NCBI RefSeq assembly: GCF_963921235.1
Contig: NC_086107.1
Span: 110,610,001-110,674,000, forward strand
Length of the DNA: 64,000 nucleotides
Reading direction: 5' to 3'
Source of the DNA: Mobula hypostoma
Lineage: Eukaryota
The position numbers and the translations under genes are program-made. The notes under the pieces are model-generated. The model made no database searches. It was not told the DNA's origin and was given only the letters and a program-made list of their open reading frames with translations. How positions within the stretch are numbered: the first letter of the stretch is position 1; the number at the start of each line of letters is the position of its first letter. Positions 49,493 to 61,218 of this stretch are shown one piece after another.

Positions 49493-49775
49493 ATTTATTT
49501 ATTTAGCAATACACTGCAGAGTAGGCCCTTCTGCCCCTTTGAGCCGTGCAGCCCCACAACCCCGATTAACCCTAACCTAATCACGGGACAATTTACAATG
49601 ACCAATGAACCTACCTGGTACGTCTTTGGACTGTGGGAGGAAACCGGAGTACCCGGAGGAAACCCACACATTCCACAGGGAGATGTACAGAGACTCCTTA
49701 CAGAACTGCACCGGAATTGAACTCCGAAATGCCCCGACCCGTAATAGCATCATGCTAACCAGTATGCTACAGTGG
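49493..49775 (-). mobile_element. V-domain SINE inserted in a CR1 fragment (~49320-49920)
   Basis: CTTTGGACTGTGGGAGGAAACCGGAGTACCCGGAGGAAACCCAC; CR1 sequence on both sides. Confidence 0.8.
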
Positions 49776-49929
49776 TTCCCACAGGTAGACAACACTTGGA
49801 AGATTGTGTTCAGTTCTGGTTGCCTCATCATTGGAAGGATGTGGAACCTTTGGGGAGGAGCAGAGGAGATTTACCAGGATTTTGCCTGGATTAGAAAGTT
49901 GGTCTCCTGAGGATAGGTTACTGAACAGA

Positions 49930-50668
49930 ATCAAAAGGAGCTGCAGAGAGTTGTGAGCTTAATCAACTCCATCATGGAAACTGGCCTCTGTAGTATCCAG
50001 GACATCTTCAAGGAGCGGTGCCTCAAAAAGGCGGCATCCATCATTAAAGACCCCCATTTCCCTGGACATGCCCTCTTCTCATCGCTACCATCAGGAAGGA
50101 GGTACAGAAGCCTGAAGGCACACACAACGATTCAGGAACAGCTTCTTCCCCTCTGCCATCTGATTTCTGAAAGGGCATTGAACACTACCTCACTACTTTT
50201 TAAATTTAACTATTTAATATATATATATAAAGTAAAGTAATGGCATCCGTTAGTCTTGCGAGACCATGGATCTGCGCCTGGAAAGTCTTCACTCTCCAGG
50301 GCGCAGGCCTGGGCAAGGTTGTATGGAAGACCAGCAGTTACCCATGCTGCAAGTCTCCCCTCTCCACAACACCAATGTTGTCCAAGGGAAGGGCATTAGG
50401 ACCCATACAGCTTGGCACCAGTGTCGTCACAGAGCAATGTGTGGTTAAGTGCCTTGCTCAAGGACACAATGCGCTGCCTCGGCTGGGGCTCGGACTCATG
50501 ACCTTCAGATCGCCAGTTGAATGCCTTAACCACTTGGCCACGTGCCCACATGTAATATATATATATATATATTTACTGTAATTCACAGTATTTTTTATTA
50601 TAAGGCATTGCATTGTACTGCCGCTGCATCACGTATGCCGGTGATATTAAACCTGATTCTGATTCGGA
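49930..50668 (+). mobile_element. Rex1-like 3' end with a nested SINE
   Basis: IQDIFKERCLKKAASIIKDPHFPGHALFSSLPSGRRYRSLKAHT; CTGATT tail. Confidence 0.85.
50230..50550 (-). mobile_element. tRNA-derived SINE with an RTE-like body and tail
   Basis: Head GTGGCCAAGTGGTTAAGGC...GAGTCCGAGCCCC; GTGTCCTTGAGCAAGGCACTTAACC; (TTTAC)n tail; inserted in a (TA)n tract. Confidence 0.8.
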
Positions 50669-50919
50669 ATGAAATATGTTGACCGTGGGATGATTTGACA
50701 CCCGACTGCTGATTAGTCAATCAATATCACCATTGTTCTAAAGTAGGAGAAATGGCTGCAAATTTGCACGCTGAGCTCCCACAGACAGCAAGCTGAAGTC
50801 TGGGAAAGAGCCAGGTTACAAAGAGAAGCTCCCTCATCCTTTTTCAGACCTGCTGAATAATTTTTTACATGCTTTAACCAGGCTTAAATTTCTAGCTTTT
50901 GTTTATTTATATATAAAAT

Positions 50920-51835
50920 ATATAGGTTCATGGGTTCAATGCCCATTCAGAAATCGGATGGCAGAGGGGAAGAAGCTGTTCTTGAGTCATTGAGTATGTA
51001 CCTTCAGGCTCGTAGGCTCCATAAAACACATTCGGTACCTCCTTCCTGACGGTAACAATGAGAAGAGGGCATGCCCTGGGTGATGGGGGCCCTTAATAAT
51101 GGACACCGCCTTTCCGAGGGACCGCTCCTTGAAGATGTCTTGGATACTACAGAGGCTTGTACCGATGATAGAACTGACTTAATTTTACAAGTTCTGCAAC
51201 TTATTTTGATGTTATGCAGTAGCATCCCCCTGCCACAACAGATGGTGATGCAGCCAGTCAGAATGCTCTCCACGGTACACTTGTAAGAAGGTTTTTGAGT
51301 GTTTTATTTGACAAACAAAATCTCCTCAAAGTCCTAATGAAATATAGCCGCTGTCTTGCCTTCTTTATAGCTGCATCGATATGTTGGGACCAAGTTAGGT
51401 CCTCAGAGATCTTGACACCCAGGAACTTGAAATTTTTTACTCTCTCCATTTCTGATCCCTCCATGAGGATTGGAGTGTGTTCCCTCGTCTTACCCTTTCT
51501 GAAGTCCGCAATCAGCTCTTTTGACTTACTGATGTTGAGTACAAGTTTGTTGCTGCGACACCACTCAACTAGCTGGTATATCTCACTCTCATCTCCATTT
51601 GAGATTCTACCAACAATGGTTGTATCATCAGCAAATATATGTCATTTGAGCCACACGGTCATGGGTATAGAGGGAGTAGAGCAGTGGGCTTAGCACTCAC
51701 CCTGAGGTGCACCAGTGTTGATCGGCAGTGAGGAGGAGATATTATCACCAGTCCGCACGGATTGTGGTCTTCCGGTTAGGAAGTCAAGGATCCAATTGCA
51801 GAGGGAGGTACAGAGGCCCAGGTTTTGTAGCTAAT
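50920..51835 (-). mobile_element. Rex1-like LINE RT/3' fragment
   Basis: ERVKNFKFLGVKISEDLTWSQHIDAAIKKARQRLYFIRTLRRF; LTGCITIC. Confidence 0.88.
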
Positions 51836-52189
51836 GAAGGTGGGATGTAGTGAGAATCTGGGAGGTGATGGGTGGAAAAGCTAAAGGGCTCGCAGTGGAG
51901 TGAATGCGTTTTCTCCAGGTGCTCCGGTGTCCTCCCACAGTCCAATGGTGTAGGTCAATGGGTCACTGTAAATTGTCCCGTGATTAGTCCAGGGTCAAGT
52001 CAGGAGCTGCTGGACAGCATGGCTGGAGGGGCTGGAAGGAATGATTCCATGTTGTACCTCAATAAGTTGGAGAGAAGAGTGGACAATGGGAGAAAGGACA
52101 CCAGAGGGAGGTGGTAGGCCGCTGAGGAGGAGAGAAGAGGTTGGAGAGGGAGCCAGAGTGAGGAATGGAAATGAATATAAGGTGTGCTT

Positions 52190-55100
52190 CTCTCAACTAA
52201 GGATGTCCTTCAATTCTGAGGCCGTGCCCTCTGGTCCTAGACTCCCCTACTATAGGAAACATCCTCTCCACATCCACTCTAACTGCGTCCTCTGGTCTTA
52301 GTCTCCCCCACTACAGGAAACATCCTCTCCACATCCACTCTATCTGTGCCCCCTGGTCCTAAGACTCCCCCACTATAGGAAACATCCTCTCCACATCCAC
52401 TCTATCTGTGCCCTCAGGTCCTAGACTCCCCCACCATAGGAAACATCCTCTCCACATCCACTCTATCTGCGTCCTCTGGTCCTAGACTCCCCCACCATAG
52501 GAAGCATCCTCTCCATATCCACTCTATCTGTTCCCCCTGGTCCTAAGACTCCCCCACTATAGGAAACTTCCTCTCCACATCCACTCTATCTGTGCCCTCA
52601 GGTCCTAGACTCCCCCACCATAGGAAGCATCCTCTCCACATCCACTCTATCTGTGTCCTCTGGTCCTAGACTCCCCCATTACAGGAAACATCCTCTCCAC
52701 ATCCACTCTATCTGTGCCCTCTGGTCCTAGACTCCCCTACTATAGGAAACATCCTCTCCACATCCACTCTAACTGCGTCCTCTGGTCTTAGTCTCCCCCA
52801 CTACAGGAAACATCCTCTCCACATCCACTCTATCTGTGCCCCCTGGTCCTAAGACTCCCCCACTATAGGAAACATCCTCTCCACATCCACTCTATCTGTG
52901 CCCTCAGGTCCTAGACTCCCCCACCATAGGAAACATCCTCTCCACATCCACTCTATCTGCGTCCTCTGGTCCTAGACTCCCCCACCATAGGAAGCATCCT
53001 CTCCATATCCACTCTATCTGTTCCCCCTGGTCCTAAGACTCCCCCACTATAGGAAACTTCCTCTCCACATCCACTCTATCTGTGCCCTCAGGTCCTAGAC
53101 TCCCCCACCATAGGAAGCATCCTCTCCACATCCACTCTATCTGTGTCCTCTGGTCCTAGACTCCCCCACTACAGGAAACATCCTCTCCACATCCACTCTA
53201 TCTGTGCCCTCTGGTCCTAGACTCCGCTACTATAGGAAACATCCTCTCCACATCCACTCTAACTGCGTCCTCTGGTCTTAGTCTCCCCCACTACAGGAAA
53301 CATCCTCTCCACATCCACTCTATCTGTGCCCCCTGGTCCTAAGACTCCCCCACTATAGGAAACATCCTCTCCACATCCACTCTATCTGTGCCCTCAGGTC
53401 CTAGACTCCCCCACCATAGGAAACATCCTCTCCACATCCACTCTATCTGCGTCCTCTGGTCCTAGACTCCCCCACCATAGGAAGCATCCTCTCCATATCC
53501 ACTCTATCTGTTCCCCCTGGTCCTAAGACTCCCCCACTATAGGAAACTTCCTCTCCACATCCACTCTATCTGTGCCCTCAGGTCCTAGACTCCCCCACCA
53601 TAGGAAGCATCCTCTCCACATCCACTCTATCTGTGTCCTCTGGTCCTAGACTCCCCCACTACAGGAAACATCCTCTCCACATCCACTCTATCTGTGCCCT
53701 CTGGTCCTAGACTCCCCTACTATAGGAAACATCCTCTCCACATCCACTCTAACTGCGTCCTCTGGTCTTAGTCTCCCCCACTACAGGAAACATCCTCTCC
53801 ACATCCACTCTATCTGTGCCCCCTGGTCCTAAGACTCCCCCACTATAGGAAACATCCTCTCCACATCCACTCTATCTGTGCCCTCAGGTCCTAGACTCCC
53901 CCACCATAGGAAACATCCTCTCCACATCCACTCTATCTGTGCCCTCAGGTCCTAGACTCCCCCACCATAGGAAACATCCTCTCCACATCCACTCTATCTG
54001 CGTCCTCTGGTCCTAGACTCCCCCACCATAGGAAACATCACCATAGGAAACATCCTCTCCACATCCACTGTACCTGTGTCCTCTGGTCCTAGACTCCCCC
54101 ACCAAAGGAAACATCCTCTCCACATCCACTCTATCTGTGCCCTCTGGTCCTAGACTCCCCCACTATAGAAAACATCCTCTCCACATCCACTCTATCTGTG
54201 CCCTCTGGTCCTAGACTCCCCCACTATAGGAAACATCCTCTCCACATCCACTCTATCTGTGCCCTCTGGTCCTAGTCTCCCCCACTACAGGAAACATCCT
54301 CTCCACATCCACTCTATCTGTGCCCTCTGGTCCCCGTCTCCCCCACTATAGGAAACATCCTCTTCACATCCACTCTATCTGTGCCCCCTGGTCCTGGACT
54401 CCCCCACCATAGGAAACATCCTCTCCACATCCACTCTATCTGTGCCCTCTGGTACTAGACTCCCCCACTATAGGTAACATCCTCTCCACATCCACTCTAT
54501 CTGTGCCCCCTGGTCCTAAAACTCCCCCACTATAGGTAACATCCTCTCCACATCCACTCTATCTGTGCCCCCTGGTCCTAAAACTCCCCCACTATAGGAA
54601 ACATCCTCTCCACATCCACTCTATCTGTGCCCTCAGGTCCTAGACTCCCCCACTATAGGAAACATCCTCTCCACATCCACTCTATCTGTGCCCTCAGGTC
54701 CTAGACTCCCCCACCATAGGAAACATCCTCTCCACATCCACTCTATCTGTGTCCTCTGGTCCTAGACTCCCCCACTATAGGAAACATCCTCTCCATATCC
54801 ACTGTATCTGTGCCCTCAGGTCCTAGACTCCCCTACCATAGGAAGCATCCTCTCCACATCCACTCTATCTGTGTCCTCTGGTCCTAGACTCCCCCACCAT
54901 AGGAAACATCCTCTCCACATCCACTCTATCTGTGTCCTCTGGTCCTAAACTCCCCCACCATAGGAAACATCCTCTCCACATCCACTCTATCTGTGTCCTC
55001 TGGTCCTAGACTCCCCCACTATAGGAAACATCCTCTGCACATCCACTCTATCTGTGCCCTCTGGTCCTAGACTCCCTCACTATAGGAAACATCCTCTCCA

Positions 55101-55410
55101 CATCCACTGTATCTGTGTCCTCTGGCCCTAGACTCCCCCCACTATAGGAAACATCCTCTCCACATCCATGGTATGCTGACCTTTCAACATTTAATAGGTT
55201 TCAATGAGATCTCCCCTCATTCTTCTAAACTCCAACGGTACCAGCACAGAGCCATCAAACGCTCCTCATGTGTTAACCCTTTCAATCCTGGGATCATCCT
55301 CGTGAGCCTCCTTTCGACTTTCCCCAATGCCAGCATAACCTTTCATAGACAAGGGACCCAAAACTGCTCACAACACTCCGGGTGCGGTCTGACAAATGCC
55401 TTACAAAGCC
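52190..55410 (-). mobile_element. CR1 ORF2 3' fragment hosting the 61-bp satellite
   Basis: Flanks 52190-52225 and 55168-55410 are contiguous CR1 sequence (EFRRMRGDLIETY...SLRIEGHP). Confidence 0.85.
52224..55168. repeat. 61-bp tandem satellite, ~48 copies, with a 490-bp higher-order repeat
   Basis: Unit CTCTGGTCCTAGACTCCCCCACTATAGGAAACATCCTCTCCACATCCACTCTATCTGTGCC; variant AACTGCGTCC recurs at 52281, 52771, 53261 and 53751. Confidence 0.97.
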
Positions 55411-56903
55411 TCCTGGAGGATGTATTATAATGGAGACATTGCAGAAAATGCTCGCTCAGGTTGACCTATGGAGGTTGAACTCCAGCCCGGATCTGTATCC
55501 CAGTTCTGACAACGATTGTTGGCCTTCCCTTGCTGATCTATCGTACATGGTTTTGCCTCAGGATAGTGGCCATCCCATGAAGACTACTTGAAGATCAGAA
55601 TGAATTGTTAATCTGTCTTTTTCCTGGGTAGTAGTGGTAGTGCGGTCACTCGAGTCGAGTGTAATGTTCTCCTAAGTTGTTGTCTATTGGTGGGTCTTCA
55701 GGTGGCGGTAGAGGCTGATCTGGGATCCACATGTCCAGGATGCTGGGGTTAAATCCCTTAATGGAGAATGCCTGCACGTGACTTTGTTGAACTTGGGGAG
55801 GCCGATGCTCGGGCAGCCACCGCGCAGTCCTGCCAGATCAGGTTCAGGGTCCAGTGGCACGGAGTGCAAGACATCTGGGAACCCTTCACTGCTGCAGACT
55901 TCCTCTGCCTTCCCCACGTCCGTGATGTGTCATCATCACCCGCCAGCTCCGCCCGGATTGCTCTTTGCCTGGAACTTCCCCTTGACCTCACTGACCTCGG
56001 GCGCCATGGTAACGTGGCGGTTGGCGCGACGCTATTACAGCTGAGGACGTCATCGTTGGAGTTCAATTCTGACACCACCTGTAAGTAGTCTGTGCAAGAA
56101 ACCATATAAGTAGAACAAAGTAAATCTATTTCAGTGCATAGGCACATGGATGAAAGAAAAATGGAGAGCTTATAGTGAAGGAAGGTTTAAACTGACCTTA
56201 GAGCAGGTTAACATTGTGGACTGAAGGGCCTTTTCTGTGCTGTACTGATCTATGCTTTATGTTCTAAAGTGATCAAAGTGGTCATAGTGGTCATCAAACT
56301 TTAATGATTAGGGTTTTGTCAGTTGGTTCAAGAACCGAATGGTTGAAGGGAAGTAGCTGTTCTAGAACCTGGTGTGGTTCAGTTGTATGTGGAGTCTGTG
56401 AGTGTGGGCGATGCTCCCTGCTAGACACTTCATATTTCCTTATGACAGAGGAGGAGGCTATTCAGCCCATTGAATCCATGCAAGCTCTCAAAGCAAACCC
56501 TTTTCCCTCAGATACTTTCCCATAACTACTCTCTCTCACCCGCTCATTAACAATGCCTCTGGTTCTCCTATCTCCTAACCTGAACTGGAAGAGGGGGCAC
56601 TGTATGCTGACCTATTAACCCACCAACACAACTTTGGGATGTGGGAGGAATGTATGGGGGGCGGTTATCAGTGATAAGTTCTTTACACAGAGAGTGGTGA
56701 GTGCGTGGAACCAGGGGTGGTGGTAGAGGTAGATACATTAGGGACATTTAAGAATCTCTTAGGCACATGGATGATAGAAAAATGGAGGACTATGTCGGAG
56801 GGAAGGGTTAAATTGATCTTAGAGTAAGTTAAAAGGTCGGCACAACATTGTGGGCCGAAAGGCCTGTTCCGTGCTGTAATGTTCTATATTCTATGAAAAC
56901 TTC

Positions 56904-57748
56904 TTGTCGAAGATTGCAGAGAGACATTGCTAGGATGCAGAAGTGGGCTGAGAAGTGGCAGATGGAGTTCAACCCGGAGAAGTGTGAGGTGGTACACTTT
57001 GGAAGGACAAACTTCAAGGCAGAGTACAAAGTAAATGGTGGGATACTTGGTAGTGTGGAGGAGCAGAGGGATCTCGGGGTACATGTCCGCAGATCCCTGA
57101 AAGTTGCCTCACAGGTGGATAGGGTAGTTAAGAAAGCTTATGGGGTGTTAGCTTTCATAAGTCGAGGGATAGAGTTTAAGAGTCATGAGGTAATGATGCA
57201 GCTCTATAAAACTCTGGTTAGGCCACACTTGGAGTACTGTATCCAGTTCTGGTTGTTTCACTATAGGAAGGATGTGGAAGCATTGGAAAGGGTACAGAGG
57301 AGATTTACCAGGATGCTGCCTGGTTTAGAGAGTATGCATTATGATCAGAGATTAAGGGAGCTAAGGCTTTACTCTTTGGAGAGAAGGAGGATGAGAGGGG
57401 ACATGATAGAGGTATACAAGATATTAAGAGGAATAGATAGAGTGGACAGCCAGCGCCTCTTCCCCAGGGCATCACTGCTCAATACAAGAGGACATGGCTT
57501 TAAGGTAAGGGGTGGGAAGTTCAAGGGGGAGATTAGAGGAAGGTTTTTTACTCAGAGAGTGGTTGGTGCGTGGAATGCACTGCCTGAGTCAGTGGTGGAG
57601 GCAGATACACTAGTGAAATTTAAGAGACTACTAGACAGGTATATGGAGGAATTTAAGGTGGGGGGGGGTTATATGGGAGGCAGGGTTTAAGGGTCGGCAC
57701 AACATTGTGGGCTGAAGGGCCTGTACTGTACTATGTTGTATGTTCTAA
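56904..57748 (+). mobile_element. Young CR1 LINE, 5'-truncated, ORF2 C-terminus uninterrupted
   Basis: RLQRDIARMQKWAEKWQMEFNPEKCEVVHFG...LVRPHLEYCIQFW...; older CR1 3' ends lie just upstream (~56135-56265, ~56675-56895). Confidence 0.93.
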
Positions 57749-58154
57749 GATGGAGCAGCCGGCAGAAACCCACATGGTGACAGGGAGCAGGTGCAAACTC
57801 CACACAGACAGACCCGGAGATCAGGAACAAACTTGGGTCGCAGGAGCTGTGTGTCAGCTCCAGTACCCGCTGCAACTTTGCACCATCCCACTGAGTATGT
57901 TCAAATGGGAAATCCTCGAGAGGATAAGGGCCTGACTCTGAAATAGAGCGTGTAAAACTCTTAAAGTAAAGGTGGCACAAAAGCTGTGGGAGAGGATGAA
58001 GTGGGCAGGGAGAGCCCAGGAGAGGGTGAATTATCTGTGGGCTGTTTGTCCTTCTCTCGTCCTCACTAACGTTCTGTGTAAAGCCCTCAATTTGCTGCAG
58101 TTATTATACTGTAATATTATCCTCTCTCCTTTTCTTTCATCGTTCAAATGGCTC

Positions 58155-58781
58155 TGAGTCATTCAAAAATGAATCTTTTTTGTTTCTCAATAAGGTGTTT
58201 ACATAATTAGATTGCATTGAATAATCCAAGGAGTTGTATGCATGAATTCAAGCCTGCAGGTCTCAAGCATTGGCTAATGATTGCAAGACAGAAAAAAACC
58301 CAGATCAAGCGGGTTTTTATAGTTGCAAGTGCCAGTTCTGTCGCAGGGACAATCCTCGCCACCATCGAGGGCATCTTCGAAAGGCTGTGCCTCGGGAAGG
58401 CGGCATACGTCATCACCTGGGACATGCCCCCTTCTCATTGCTACCATCAGGGAGGGGCTATAGGAACCTGAAGAAGCACACTCAATATCTTAAGAACGGC
58501 TTCTTCCCCTCTGCCATCAGATTTCCGAATGGACAATGAACCCATGAGGCATCACCTTTCGAAGATGCCCTCGATGGTGGCGAGGATTGTCCCTGTGACG
58601 GAACTGGCACTTGCAACTACAAAAACCCGTTTGACCTGTTTTTTTTTGTTTTGCAACCGTTAGCCAATGCTTGAGACCTGCAGGCTTGAATTCATGCACA
58701 CAACTCCTTGAATTATCCAATGCAATCTAATTATGTAAACACTTTATTGAGAAAAATAAAGATTCATTTTTGAATGACTCA
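58155..58781. repeat. Inverted duplication, arms ~58155-58393 and ~58546-58781
   Basis: Arms are reverse complements with scattered mismatches; the ORF track shows paralogous peptides MNNPRSCMHEFKPAGLKHWL (+) and MDNSRSCVHEFKPAGLKHWL (-). Confidence 0.93.
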
Positions 58782-58874
58782 TGAACACTACCTTGCTATT
58801 CCTCTCTCACACTATCTATCTATCCATCTCTCTCTATTTATCTATATATGTATCTATTTATCTATCTCTCTATT

Positions 58875-59320
58875 TCAGAGTCAGAATCAGAATCAGGTTT
58901 ATTATCACCGGCATGTGACGTGAAATTTGTTAACTTAGCAGCAGCAGTTGAATGCAATACATAATCTAGAAGAGAAAAAATTAAAATAATAATAATAAAT
59001 AAACAAGTAAATCAATTACTGTATACGTATGTTGAATAGATTCAAAAAAGTGCAAAAAACAGAAATACTGTATATTAAGGTACAGTAGTTGCAAGGATTC
59101 AATGTCCATTTAGGAATCGGATGGCAGAGGGGAAGAAGCTGTTCCTGAATCGCTGAGTGTGTGCCTTCAGGCTCCTGTACCTCCTACCTGATGGTAACAG
59201 TGAGAAAAGGGCATGTCCTGGGTGCTGGAGGTCTTTAATAATGGACGCTGCCTTTCTGAGACACCGCTCCCTGAAGATGTCCTGGGTACTTTGTAGGCTA
59301 GTACCCAAGATGGAACTTGG
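58875..59320 (-). mobile_element. Rex1-like 3' end
   Basis: QDIFRERCLRKAASIIKDLQHPGHALFSLLPSGRRYRSLKAHTQRFRNSFFPSAIRFLNG. Confidence 0.9.
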
Positions 59321-59339
59321 GTACCAAGTAGCAGCAGTA

Positions 59340-59665
59340 TTCTATCTAATATCTATCTATCTCTCTATTATTTATCTCTCTATCTCTCTGTCTCTCTATC
59401 TACCTACCTACCTATCTATCTGATCTATCTATCCATCCATCTATTTATCTATCTATATAATTATCTATCCATCTATCTATCTATCTATTGACCTATCTAT
59501 ACATCCATCTATTTATCTATATAATTATCTTTCTATCTGTCCATCTATCTATCTATCTATTGATCTATCTATCCATCCATCTCTCTATCTATCTACCTAC
59601 CTACCTATCTTTCTCTCTATCTACCCATCTAACTACCCTTCTTTCTATCTACCTACTTGTCTATC

Positions 59666-59712
<47 letters not shown>
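59340..59712. repeat. (TATC)n/(TC)n microsatellite tract
   Basis: Visible simple repeats; similar tracts at ~58800-58872 and ~63450-63527. Confidence 0.9.
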
Positions 59713-59714
<2 letters not shown>

Positions 59715-60133
59715 CTTGGACTCACTTTACACCGCACGCTGTCGGAGCAGTGCTGCCAGGATAATCAAGGACACGACCCACCCAGCCAACACACTTTTCG
59801 TCCCTCTTCCCTCCGGGAAAAGGCTCAGGAGCTTGAAGACTCATACGGCCAGATCTGGGAACAGCTTCTTTCCAACTGTGATAAGACTGCTGAACGGATC
59901 CTGACCCGGATCTGGGCCGTACCCTCCAAATATCCGGACCTGCATCTCAGTTTTTTTGCACTACCTTACTTTCCATTTTTCCGTTTTCTATTTATGATTT
60001 ATAATTTAAATTTTTAATATTTACTATCGATTTGTAATCCAGGGAGCGGGAAGTGCAGAATCAAATATCACTGTGATGATTGTACGTTCTAGTATCAATT
60101 GTTTGGCAACAATAAAGTATAAAGCATAAAGTA
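59710..60133 (+). mobile_element. Young Rex1-like 3' end
   Basis: LDSLYTARCRSSAARIIKDTTHPANTLFVPLPSGKRLRSLK; AATAAAGTATAAAG tail. Confidence 0.9.
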
Positions 60134-61019
60134 TCTACCTGTCTATCTATCTCTCTCTATCTCCCTATCCTTTCATTATTGAAAAGCCTCTGATTCAATC
60201 GGTAATTAATCTTTTTTGTTTCTCAGTAAGGTGATTACATAACTAGGCGGCATAGAACAATGCAAGGAGTTGTGTGCACGTATTCAATCCTGAAGGTCTT
60301 AGGCACCGGCTAATCATGGCAAAACAAAAAACAGGTCACGCGGTTGCTGGTGGGATCTTGCTATGCAGAAAGCCGCTGTCAATCTGCTGCTCGCAGCATC
60401 AGCGTGGCACTTGACAGTAACCTGCCCCGTGGTGGGTGCTTTGTCATGCTTTCAAAAGCGGCTATATAAATCAAGCTGTCGGCTCCCGAAGCCGTTCGGA
60501 TCGTCTGGCGGACTGCTGGTGGGGCGGCCGATGGGTAGTTGGCAGGGCACAGGTTGCCAGGGCCATCTGCAGGGTAAGGCAGGAGTGCGGAGGAAAGAGC
60601 ACCACGGTGCACAGCGGGTCAGCACAGCTGATATCATTAAGTGAATTCATGCATTCCGATTGCATTTAAGAGGAATCTGTCCCAGACTGGCTCAACGTCA
60701 AGTTTAAGTACCTTGATAGCAAAGACTTGTGCAATGTCAGACAATGCAGATCTTGCCCTGCAGGGGATGGAGGGCATTTCTTGGAGATGTGATCCAGTGT
60801 ACAGAGGACCAGCATCAACTCCCGTGGTTTATATGTGTGCTGGACACTCCCCTTTGGTGTACAGTGTGATCCCTCCACTGTGTGTGAGACCCTCCCCTGC
60901 AGTGTGTACACTGTAGCCCTCTCTGTGGTGTACGCTGTGACCCTTCCTGGTCAGGGCCAAACTCTTCCTGCTCACAGTTGGTAGTGACTCTATCAGAGTC
61001 AAAACCATCAGAACCAAAT

Positions 61020-61218
61020 CAATCCTGGATCAGGTCGAGAATCAGGAGGAAAATGAGGATGAGGATCAGGATGAGGATGAGGATCAGGACGAGGATCAGG
61101 ACGAGGATAAAGGTGAGGATCAGAATGAGGATGAGGATGAAGATCAGGATGAGGATGAGGATGAGGATCAGAACAAGGATGAGGATGAGGATAAAGGTGA
61201 GGATCAGAATGAGGATCG
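61020..61218. repeat. Imperfect hexamer repeat (GAGGAT/CAGGAT)n at the tail of a minus-strand Rex1-like element (~61200-61560)
   Basis: 6-bp periodicity; runs directly into GGTTGATTATCACTGACATA 3'UTR sequence. Confidence 0.9.

Noticed and set aside
52224..55168. CRISPR array
   Set aside because: Units are head-to-tail with no unique spacers, there are no cas genes, the context is vertebrate, and the unit is CR1 coding sequence.
56848..57690. 280-aa ORF as a host gene
   Set aside because: It is the CR1 ORF2 C-terminus; the apparent start lies in the tail of an upstream CR1 copy.
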